From Balanoglossus misakiensis (Eukaryota; Animalia; Hemichordata), in contig CM082577.2 of assembly GCA_040954595.2 (NCBI GenBank), positions 14,515,903 to 14,579,902 of the forward strand: a stretch of 64,000 bases of DNA, written 5' to 3'. Numbering within the stretch: position 1 is the stretch's first letter; every line of letters begins with the position of its first letter. The position numbers and the translations under genes are program-made. The notes beneath the pieces were generated by a model. That model was not told where the DNA came from and searched no databases. It saw only the letters and a list, made by a program, of their open reading frames with translations. Below are positions 42,692 through 53,000 of the stretch, in pieces.

Positions 42692-43084
42692 CTATCTAAC
42701 CATTTTCATATGGATAGGTTCCACTCCCGATCGCCCTTCATATCGAGCACATATAGCACTGTCTTGTAAGAGTCTGATCGTATACATCTCGGCTGCCATC
42801 TGAAGACTGTCAAAAGCTTGTCGAGTAAATTTGATCTCTTTTGAATGATTTCTGCGAACGATCTCTCTAACTATAGCTTTGAAAACCGGTTCGTCGATGA
42901 CGAATGGATGTCCTGTATAAAAATAATAACAGTGAATATTGAACGAGTATCACGGCCGCTAAAGTTATTGTGAATTAAGCGTCAGTTCATGCCGGAGTTA
43001 TTGAGTGTACATACCGATGGTCGGTGAACGATTCTCTTTGATTGAACATCTTTGCTTGTACGGTGAAAACGCTTTCCCCCGCAT
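42692..43084 (-). CDS. Divergent, tailless histone H3-like protein, 96 aa, spliced (exons 43084-43015 and 42912-42692); absent from the ORF track
   Basis: Manual translation gives MRGKAFSPYKQRCSIKENRSPTIG/HPFVIDEPVFKAIVREIVRRNHSKEIKFTRQAFDSLQMAAEMYTIRLLQDSAICARYEGRSGVEPIHMKMVR*, which aligns with H3 [69 protein letters not shown]; donor G|GTATGT, acceptor TTTTATACAG|; TATATA at 43145-43150. Confidence 0.82.
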
Positions 43085-43236
43085 GATGATACGTCTTTTG
43101 AGAAGTCTGAACCCGAACTGTCCTTGATAGACGATACTAAGAACTATATACAAGAGTTATGTCACGTGGTAATAGACATCGATATGAATGTACTAATTTA
43201 ACTGCTTCACATGACAAGCTATGCATTGTGTAGACC

Positions 43237-43434
43237 GACATCATGACTACTTACTCCGACCTGTGATGCCAAACTGTAGTTCCCATGTTTTATCACCGCA
43301 TACTGCACGTCCTGGCGTCCTCACATCAGCATATGTGCGACTTTACACTTTGAAATCATGACATCGTGATTACTTACTCCAACATGTGATGCCATACTAT
43401 ATTTCCCATGTTTTATCACCGCATACTGCACGTC
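43237..43434. repeat. Imperfect ~75-bp duplication (period 123 bp) in the divergent H3-like/DUF4419 promoter region
   Basis: GACATC..TACTTACTCC..TGTGATGCCA..TTCCCATGTTTTATCACCGCATACTGCACGTC at 43237 and 43360. Confidence 0.8.
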
Positions 43435-43563
43435 GTTCTTAGACTATTTCATGATGCCACCGATGCGACTTCACGCGCTTATATATATGTGTGTACACAC
43501 ACACGACCGCATACCCATCTTGTTCACATCGCCAATAACCGAGAAGTCCACACAAGTGTTGAC

Positions 43564-45183
43564 ATGGCCGAACTATTCAGTGTTTCAATAAGGAGGCCGG
43601 TCAGTATCATTTTGTAATACCTTTTCCGTATTTTTACATCTTCGGGTGGCATAACCCCCACCTTTTATTTCTTTACTTAGGTGAGTATGTGGCATTTGAG
43701 ACACGTAAATAAGGACGCGAAATGTAAAGCTATGGGAATAGCCAAGAAATTAGAGACAGCGCCCACTAGCGGCCGAAAAACAATGTCGAAAGGTGAGTAT
43801 CGCGCGTTCGTCAGATATGCGTTATATTTAATGGTTTTGCGTTTCTGTGCGGTCGTTGATGACCGAGCCAATGATCCGTGTAAAATCAGCACCCATACTT
43901 CGAGATATCGGTGGTTTCTTGAACCATTGTATTTTATTCCGGTTTCAGGCACGAACATCGTTCTACACAATTCAGTACAGTGTTCACAGCCCTTACCCGA
44001 AACCTCTCACGTATTGGACGCCTTGACTAGAGTACATTGTGTGATTGAAGGCTGTTACAACCCAAGTGCCAGAATAGTCAGCACCGATAATGTACACGGT
44101 CTAATGCACGCTGTGCAGATGGCATACAGAAAAAGCTATCCGTTGGTTTTGAGTCCAGATATTGTGTGGTTGTGTATTTCACAAGGATTTATGCAACACA
44201 TGTGCTCCGACGACCGTTTGTACCGCCTACTAATCAAAACTCACGAGAATACAAGCGTTGAATCTACCATGTCCCACCTCGACGACAAGTCAGAATTTGG
44301 GGAATGGAAAACTGCGTTAATCGACTTGTCAAACCATGTTCGCGAAACCCTAGGAGAGTGTAATTACGGAATGATGACACCAGACTTTACCACAACCAGC
44401 CTACAAGATAAAATTGTAGGAGATTTGACAGTGTCTGCCCAAGTGGACCCGAAGTTTTCGTATTTGCTGCAACCAGGTGAAGTAAAAAATCAGCGTCCTT
44501 TGACTTCGAATGGAATTCCCTCTATTTTTTTAGAAGGCTGCCTAGATGATTGGACGGCGATCCGGCGTAATACTGTCAAATTGGGGTGTTATGATCTGAA
44601 CTGGTGGACCGATGGTGTGGTAAAAATTCTTGACAAATTTATAAAGGCGAAAGAAGGAGTGATCGACAGAGAATTCTGGTCAGGCATATATGAGGCAAGT
44701 ATTGTAAAGGAGATTGCATGAATTATTGTATTTACCCCTCTTAGTTGTTTCGAGTATCAATTATTTTGAACCATGTATATGTATTCCGCGGTTACAATCA
44801 TAACACGTTTGTGTTTTGGGGGTTTTCTGTGGGGTGGGGGGTGGGGGTGGAATACCATCCCTTATACATCGTCTCTTTCGCTCTCTCATTATCAGATGGT
44901 TGAGTACCCATGTGGCCCATGTATCACCGGGTGGATCGTCGACCTGTTTCCGTATTTCATGTACAAACAGGACCGAGAATCAACAATACTGGCGGACTCT
45001 TTTCCATCTGGTCTGTCGATAAACCCTTTCAACGTGGGACAATCCGCAGAAGTCTCGAAACTGGCGCTTGTAAGCGGGTTCATGGGAGTATCTCAAGACG
45101 CTGATACACTAGCTCTCAGACCGGAATTGGGATGGGTCGTTCTCAACCACAACAAGAACAACGGCTCACCGACCAAGATATAA
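43564..45183 (+). CDS. DUF4419-family protein, four exons (43564-43599, 43681-43792, 43949-44694, 44896-45183)
   Basis: HGLMHAVQMAY..YPLVLSPDIVWLCISQGF, PDFTTT, GIPSIFLEGCLDDW, EFWSGIY, ITGW..FPY, FPSG, LVSGFMG..LRPELGW; canonical splice signals join the pieces in frame. Confidence 0.8.
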
Positions 45184-45465
45184 CAGTTGATATTGTAAAA
45201 TATGTTTGAAATCATTCGTTATACAGAGAATAAAATAGAGTCGATGCGCGTGCGTAGGTTTGACAAGAGAACATTGTTACCTGTATGCATGGAGAGCGTC
45301 CAAAAGTATGAGGCTCCCATTTCTTAGACATGGCGAAATATGGCCACCTTGAAAGTGTTTGTTAAAACGTTATACAATTTTAGAAGGAAATATATCACAC
45401 TTGACACAATAACTTCTGTCCGCGTATTTATTTATTTAGTTAGTAAAATACAAGTTCTTTTATAT

Positions 45466-46854
45466 TTACTGGGTGAACATATGAGGATGAATATTACGCT
45501 TTATGGCAGAATCTCTGTTTTCTCCGTGTTTATTTTTCTCTTCTTTGGGAGTGGACTGACTGGAATCTATGTCGGTCTCTTGTGAAGTTTCGGTGTGTAT
45601 AAGGTGTCTCGTATTCCCAATCATTTCGATGTCCGGAGGTAACCTCCCCCGGTTATTCGCAATAGCATACGCGGTAGAAGTTGATGAAGGTACATACCCA
45701 CCATGGAACGCGAGCAGTAATCCGTGATATACAGTCAATATGGCCGCTCGGATCACCCACGCTGTATACAATATTTTCCCCCATAAAGGTCCGACACTGT
45801 TTATAGGACAGTGCCTTGCATCTCTTCCAGCTAAATTTGAAGAAAGTATACTTTGTATACACTTGTCTTCAGAGACAATGTCATGTACACTGTAACATTT
45901 CGGGAACGCAGGTATCCCATCGTTTACACATGGCCCGCTAATGAGAAAAATGCCATGTTTGAGTAAATCCAAGACAGCATATGCTACCGAGCTGAGGGCA
46001 AAAATATAAGCCACTACAGACAGTACCCGGACAACGCAGGTGTCTTCCTGTTTACGATTGGACTCTCGATATAGCAAGACTTTACTCCCTTCTAAGTAAT
46101 AACTCAATATACAGTTCACTAAAAATGCCATCGTTGGGGGCCATGTTATTAGCTCATATTTACCATAGGATGGTAGCAATTCGACAAACAAACAAGCTAT
46201 CATAATTATCATTCCAAACAAATACTTTGTAAAGGGAATATTCCCGTATACAAACGACTGATATTGTCTGTCGTATATGTGAAACTGCGTATCTGTAGTA
46301 CATCGTTCTTGCCCGCGTGTATGTATATGTATTAACAGTGGTAAAACTCCGCTTGGAACATATCTCAACAGACACATAATTATGTAATACATGGCTGCTG
46401 CTTCTCGTCCCAATCTCACGTCCGGACACCGTTCGTAGTCCACGTTGAATTTCAGAGGATTTTGTACAGACAGGAAGCGAGTACATTGAGCCAGTGACAT
46501 ATTTAGACATTGCACGTTCGTTCTCACATCCCGTTCGGCAGTGGAACAGTTAGCCAAGTGTTCCATTATATTAAACATCAGAGACACGTTTGCACAAACG
46601 AAAAGTAGAATACATGCCACCGAGGCCAATTTCGATAGTATCGTATGCACCATCACATCCCGTTTTTCGTGCGATTCACTAGCAAATTTAGAACACAAGT
46701 AATATACTATAGCCGGAAAGATGACTTCATAGTCTACCAGTGAATATATGTCCGTTTGAAAGAGAATTTCTACTAACCACGTTAAGAGTAGGCACAATAC
46801 AATGATAGTGGCCCAAAATTGGTCTTTCATTATTCCAATATCATACAATAACAT
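45466..46854 (-). CDS. Multi-pass membrane protein with an internal two-fold duplication
   Basis: About 8 hydrophobic segments; both halves show YYL..E..K....V..L..VA, a Cys-rich loop and CP...G. Confidence 0.75.
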   Translation of the reverse strand: MLLYDIGIMKDQFWATIIVLCLLLTWLVEILFQTDIYSLVDYEVIFPAIVYYLCSKFASESHEKRDVMVHTILSKLASVACILLFVCANVSLMFNIMEHLANCSTAERDVRTNVQCLNMSLAQCTRFLSVQNPLKFNVDYERCPDVRLGREAAAMYYIIMCLLRYVPSGVLPLLIHIHTRGQERCTTDTQFHIYDRQYQSFVYGNIPFTKYLFGMIIMIACLFVELLPSYGKYELITWPPTMAFLVNCILSYYLEGSKVLLYRESNRKQEDTCVVRVLSVVAYIFALSSVAYAVLDLLKHGIFLISGPCVNDGIPAFPKCYSVHDIVSEDKCIQSILSSNLAGRDARHCPINSVGPLWGKILYTAWVIRAAILTVYHGLLLAFHGGYVPSSTSTAYAIANNRGRLPPDIEMIGNTRHLIHTETSQETDIDSSQSTPKEEKNKHGENRDSAIKRNIHPHMFTQ

Positions 46855-46914
46855 TTACGGGATCGAATGCACGCAAATACAAAATATATATATATGTTAA
46901 GTTTTTTAGGGTCC

Positions 46915-47766
46915 TTATCGCCTGCAACTAGGAAACACAGGTATCTCAGTCATTAATTTACCGCGTCCGACACATACAAATGATCGGGTGTTTTTGAAAA
47001 CAGCGTGACATCCTTTGTCGAATTCTTCTGGAAACCTTGGGTCCCAACCAGCCTCCTTCAACATTCTGGTGAACGCAGACTCTGTTAATATTTGACTCAA
47101 TTTGATAACTTTGGGTGATTCGGTCGGGTCTATTTTGTCTTTGAAACGTGTAAATAACCCCTTTTTACGCGATGACTCAAGTATCAATTTAGGCATTCCA
47201 GTCGACTGATACAATCTGATATCACTATTCCTGACACACTTGCGGACACAATCGTCCATTTTACACCAATCTATATATTTGTCTTTGAATTCAACACGCT
47301 TAAACTGCACGGGGATACTGGTTGGAGGTACAGGTAGAGATATTTCACGACCGTCACCCCTCATTACCCAACGGAGCTGTTGCCAGTTGCATAACATGGT
47401 TACATAATACTGTTGTAAATCCACATATTGTTTCCCAAGCAGATCTATTGGTACATCACATTCTCTTATATCAACAAACACAGTTTTGTCATTAGTTGCA
47501 CACCGAACAGGTATGTTTGCATATGCGCACACGTATGGGTTCGGCAACTCCAAATCGTCGACAGATTGTTCATAGGAACCAAATCTCAAACAGTCTGTGC
47601 TACAGTCTAAAACCACTGTGACCCGAGGTGGTAATTGATCGATATGCAATGAGAAAAAAGTGGATTCTTTGGCTGTGTCCATCTTTGTGACACCATGACC
47701 TAAAACATTAATACATTTGCTCACGTTCATCCATGTATTAACACATTCACACGTCGGTTGGTTCAT
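46915..47766 (-). CDS. Hypothetical viral protein
   Basis: 283 aa ATG ORF. Confidence 0.65.
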   Translation of the reverse strand: MNQPTCECVNTWMNVSKCINVLGHGVTKMDTAKESTFFSLHIDQLPPRVTVVLDCSTDCLRFGSYEQSVDDLELPNPYVCAYANIPVRCATNDKTVFVDIRECDVPIDLLGKQYVDLQQYYVTMLCNWQQLRWVMRGDGREISLPVPPTSIPVQFKRVEFKDKYIDWCKMDDCVRKCVRNSDIRLYQSTGMPKLILESSRKKGLFTRFKDKIDPTESPKVIKLSQILTESAFTRMLKEAGWDPRFPEEFDKGCHAVFKNTRSFVCVGRGKLMTEIPVFPSCRR

Positions 47767-47859
47767 CTACATTTATTTTACTCGTGCGAAACATTTGAAA
47801 TCTAATTACTGACAAAACTGAGTGTAAAAAGGGTGTTACGTGTCTTGGTATAAGTTATA

Positions 47860-49104
47860 ATGAGTTATCTGAGCTACCGTTGCGGCGGTAACCGCGACAA
47901 GAAATACCCCAAAAAAACAGTTTCGTATAACGATCAGAACCTAACGCCGAACTTCCCTGAACAACAGATCCATTCACTGGTGAACCTTCTACAGAACGTT
48001 AATTTAGGACAAGGTGCCCTTACGCAAGATGTCCCTAATGAACAGGTACAAAGTTTGCGGCCAAAAGTGTTGTACGCAAAAAAAGCTCATGGAGAGAAGA
48101 GTTCGGAAGCATTCTCTGGCCTTTTTGGGCGCAAAATCCCGCCCGTCGTTTTTGCGAACGAATTAGACTCTCCGGGTTGGGACGTATGTCTGGAGATGGT
48201 ATGGGAACCTAATTTCCGTATTCTCGACGAAAGGAACACTCGTAAATGTATTGACTTGAGTGTAGCTTCCAAACAATATGACGCTGTAGTCAGAGAAGTT
48301 GGTACAGCACCTTCTAAAACAGTTTGGCGATTATTTCGACCGGAAATGATTGGCGCTATTCGGCTTTTGTCACCCCACAGACATTTTCAAACACCAAAGT
48401 GGGAACCCACTGAAATACCAACATGTCCAGAGTTTGCGTCATGGGAGTCTGGCAGTCGTCGTCTACTGTCAGAAGAAGTCAATTTCTTATTAACACCAGA
48501 ATGCGAATACAATGCATGTACCTTAATGGTGAGTGAGGCATTGAGTGAGCACTTCGGTGATTGTTACGACCTTCGCACAGACGTTATTGATGTAGAATCA
48601 TGCGCTAGACGCCTGGGCCAAAAACCAGAGAAGTTGGCGGAGCAGATGATTAATACGTTCTTAAAATGTACCTACTTTCGCCAGAGTGGGTGTTGGCTAT
48701 CTAAGCAATCGACAACTTATCGCGATATAGCGATTTGGAAATATAGTGGGCTGCGTCCGTCACACCTGTTTTCACACGACGGACAACACATGGAAAGGCA
48801 TGTTGTGCGGCATCACCCGACCAGATGTGAGTTGTTCATACCAGATGGTAAACACAGTATGTGTTGCAGACCATCCCATCTATGCTATGGTTCGTGCAAA
48901 GCAAACTCAAGAGACATGGAATTGAGAAAGGCAGTATCTAATTTATTATCATTGATCGACGACAGTTCAACGCATAATCACACGTGGTTAAAAGTACAAA
49001 CACATATAGATAGTTTAGCTGAATTATTAAATCCACGCGGCTACGTTAATCGAGAAGTTAATCACCCGTTTGACCAGGACACCATCCCAGTATCCACAGA
49101 GTAA
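47860..49104 (+). CDS. HNH/His-Me finger endonuclease-domain protein
   Basis: GCWLS..VVRHHPTRC..CCRPSHLCYGSCKANSRD matches the H..C..C.NP.HL..G...N..D HNH pattern. Confidence 0.7.
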   Translation: MSYLSYRCGGNRDKKYPKKTVSYNDQNLTPNFPEQQIHSLVNLLQNVNLGQGALTQDVPNEQVQSLRPKVLYAKKAHGEKSSEAFSGLFGRKIPPVVFANELDSPGWDVCLEMVWEPNFRILDERNTRKCIDLSVASKQYDAVVREVGTAPSKTVWRLFRPEMIGAIRLLSPHRHFQTPKWEPTEIPTCPEFASWESGSRRLLSEEVNFLLTPECEYNACTLMVSEALSEHFGDCYDLRTDVIDVESCARRLGQKPEKLAEQMINTFLKCTYFRQSGCWLSKQSTTYRDIAIWKYSGLRPSHLFSHDGQHMERHVVRHHPTRCELFIPDGKHSMCCRPSHLCYGSCKANSRDMELRKAVSNLLSLIDDSSTHNHTWLKVQTHIDSLAELLNPRGYVNREVNHPFDQDTIPVSTE

Positions 49105-49177
49105 GAATGTTTACGGAGGAAGCAGGTGTAACCGGATATATTTCCGAACGACACCCATCTGACGACAACTTCTTGAA

Positions 49178-49685
49178 AGGCACATAAGCTGCAACTCTTG
49201 GGATAATTATCATAATTTTTGTTTCAAACTGTACTACCATTAGTCTATGCAGATGAAGGCATAGAAATAAACACAAGCATTATAAACCCTAAATATGAGT
49301 GGATATGCAAGTTCTAAGCAGATAAATAATAAAGCTTTGCCGCAAGCGATTATGGCCGCAACCGTGGGGAAATAAAAAAAAAAAAGAAAATGTTGCATTT
49401 CCGGTTATGAAACTTTATAAACAAAACATGAACTCATCCACTTGAGCTCATGGAATTAGTAAATGTACACCACTGAGACATTGTATTTTCCTTTTTCTTT
49501 CCAATATTGCTCTTTTTTTAAACATTGCAGGAATTTTGGTTTTTCTTCAATTTGTGGCCATTTTGTCATAAATACGTGTTGAGCTTGATATATTATCATG
49601 AAATATCATTTAATAGACACGATTAGAAGCATATACGAGATTATTTAAAACTTTAATTTTTTGTCCAGTTGCAGCTCATGTGCCT
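49178..49685. mobile_element. MITE, Kolobok-like (508 bp)
   Basis: 19-bp TIR AGGCACATAAGCTGCAACT (49178-49196) vs reverse complement of 49667-49685 AGGCACATGAGCTGCAACT; flanked by TGAA and TCAA (degenerate TTAA); AT-rich, non-coding interior. Confidence 0.7.
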
Positions 49686-50067
49686 TCAAGTCTTTCTTTC
49701 CGGCTATCTCTTTCGCGTGATTACGGATATGAATACTTCTCACTCTAAGGTATTTGTACGCAACAGGTTACTCTAAAATGACTCAAGTGCACAGGCGGTC
49801 ATCACGGCCTCCTCCAGATGCAAATATTTCACGTTACTCACTACGTGCACATTTTCAGGTGGAATAATATGCATGGTCGTGTAGTCGTTATTTTGGTTTT
49901 TCCTCTGTTTTGAGTTTGAAAGGTTTGGTTTATACCCTTGTCGATAGTTGCGTCAGTATCACATTTCATAGAGAATTCCTCGTTCTGTCGCATAACTGCA
50001 AATCATAAGTAATCCCGGCGTCATAAAATTATCTTCCACATATGTACGCAACCTGATCATTTCCAAT

Positions 50068-53000
50068 TTAATACATTGGGGCTTTATAACCCCCAAACTC
50101 GCCATTGTCTTCCAACCCGTCGTGTCCTTCAACAATTTTAGACTTTACAGTAGGTGCCAGCTTGAAAATATTAGTTTGGGGGGTTACCGCGTCAACTTCG
50201 TTTGAGATTTCAACAAACCTTGAATCGCGCAGCTTGTTAACAATTAGGTCAATTTCATTGTCATCGACTGAACGAGGGAAATATCGACGAATGTCGAATA
50301 AATAAAACGGTTCCTGTTTGGATGTCGATGCAAAATCTAACACAGGTTTCTCTAAGGTCTCGCGTATTTTAATCTTGAAGTCGTTGACGGCCTTCTCGTC
50401 TTTTAATAAAACCGTGTCATAGTCTGTAGAACTCACAAGCACCTGCCTTGACTTGTTTTTAATGTCAAACGATTCTCTGGACATCAATGGCTGCTTACAT
50501 AGATTAAATTGTATGATGTTTAACTGACGTCGATTGTATACCGGTGTCTTACAAATAGGACAGGACACTTGTTCAACGTTCTCATCAAAGGCGTTCACTC
50601 TCATATATTCTTGCAAGCACGTTTCGTGGAAAAGATGACATCCATTCCAACAGTCTATCACGTTATTTTGTTCAGAATATTTTATTAATTCTTTGTCTGA
50701 CATTTCTTCTCCGTGATCCCGTCTCAATCTCAACTCGCGACAGTTTATCGCCTGCAATTGCCGGTATGGCCCCAGCTTATCCAAACATAGGGCGCAATTC
50801 GTGGCCTCCCATTCTCCGCGTTCGTATTCCGGGGATGTGCAATCCGAAGAAGGTTCCGTGAACGACGTGTCGTAATAAGATTCGTCAAAGAGGACAACGC
50901 ACTTATAAGGGTCACCACATCTGTAATAACGCTTTCGGAATAGGTTTATCTGGGCACCGGTTCTGTTTTGATTTAACATATTGAATAAATTTACTACACA
51001 CGACGTCCACAGTGCAAAAAAATTTCCAGGTCTAACCAAACACCCGCTGACACATTGACTTTGTGTGCGATGTTGCAGAAAAGATACGCCTTCCTTACTG
51101 AGATGGAACGTATCAGAGAAAAATTTAACCACTTCCGATTTGACAGAAAGTATGGCATCTTGGGTAGGAGTTTTGGAATGTACCATCAGATATTTTATCA
51201 AATAGCAAAGTCCATAAAAACAATCGTTGGGGTTAATTTGAATTTCACGCGGATCCAGTAATACAAGTCGGCGGTCATTAGCTGGACGCAATTGTCCAGG
51301 ACCGTGTTTTTCACGAAGGGTTGTTGAAGCACCATGAAATGGCACTCTGGAAAACACTCGTCCATAGCCCACACCTGTAGTAGTTCCGATTGGAATTAAT
51401 TGACAACTGCTCTCGGAGTTTGTAGGTGGCTTTGTCAAAACACTGTCGTTTTGTTGTAACGGGGCCGATTGAGAATTTCCATCTCGGTCGTGATCACTTC
51501 TCCTACTGGCTGTGACAATCGGTGTACAACTACCCCGCAGTTCAACGGGACAAGTTAGGCGTGGCTTTGTCAAAACACTGTCGTTTTGTTGTAACGGGGC
51601 CGATTGAGAATTTCCATCTCGGTCGTGATCACTTCTCCTACTGGCTGTGACAATAGGTGTACAACTACCCCGCAGTTCAACTGGACAAGTTTGACGTGGC
51701 TTTGTCAAAACACTGTCGTTTTGTTGTAACGGGGCCGATTGAGAATTTCCATCTCGGTCGTGATCACTTCTCCTACTGGCTGTGACAATCGGTGTACAAC
51801 TACCCCGCAGTTCAACGGGACAAGTTAGGCGTGGCTTTGTCAAAACACTGTCGTTTTGTTGTAACGGGGCCGATTGAGAATTTCCATCTCGGTCGTGATC
51901 ACTTCGCCTACTGGTTGTGACAATAGGTGTACAACTACCCCGCAGTTTAACTGGACAAGTTTGACGTGGCTTTGTGCACAGCATAGGATCTAACCCCTTT
52001 TCTGCACTCTGCACACCAGTACCAAACGAAGTTGCTTGTTTATCGTCATCCTCACTGTCATCTGAAGATGAAGACCATTTTGTCAATTCGGGATGTGTTA
52101 AGGTGGAGTTGTCGACACGCTCTATCCTTTTTTTAATAGCACACAGCTCACTTCCGCGCGCCGTGTCCTGACCGACATTCCTTTGTCTTCTGTTACAAAG
52201 CCGATTGGCCAATACGCTAGCGCGGATGGTTGACTCGGTGCGATCTCCCTCGTGTACTTCCAATTGTAACACTTTATCAGAGTGAAGACTAAAATCTCGT
52301 CCCGCACACCTTTGGAGAGAGTTCTGAAAGTCAACATCCGCCAGGTGTATTGCCTTCCATTGCTGACTGGAAAATACAGATTCCTCGCACTTTCGTCTGA
52401 AATCAGCAACAGAATTGTTTTCGTCTGTTCTTTGTTTCAACACGGACAACCACATTTCATGCAACATGTTGTATTTAGTGTCGTCGATAACTCCCAGTTT
52501 ACCCGCATGTAGATGCCTACTGAGCGTGGTTAACGTACGATCCATTGCTTTACAAAGGTCCCCATCACTTGTGTCTCGAATGCATTTTTGCAAGCGTGTA
52601 ATTTCAGCCCCTAAATTGTTAAGTTTGGTTGAATTCTGTGTATGTATCTTGACGAATTCTTTACACCTTTCACCTAGGTTCGGCATTCTCATGCATAAAT
52701 CTCTATTTAACATTCTCGGGTTTCGATCAAGCCATTTATTTTCGTCAGAGAAATGGTAGAAATCGGCGGTAGAACACGCATCAATACTCTTAACTTCTTC
52801 AATCTGTTCCTCTGTATATCCGTGATCTCGCAATATATGCCTATTTAAGGACCGTTCATTATGAAAGCGGTCGTGGCAATTACGTATTCTACAAGTAAAT
52901 CGAAACCCTAGTAAGACTTCCTGGGTTTTCGCGTATGGTCCTAATTCTTCCATAAGAACTCGTATTTTCCGGCGTCTGTCCGGTTGGTCTTCTGCAAGCA

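Noticed and set aside
44818-44850. G-quadruplex-like run in DUF4419 intron 3
   Set aside because: Isolated; poly-G/C tracts are common in non-coding parts of this window
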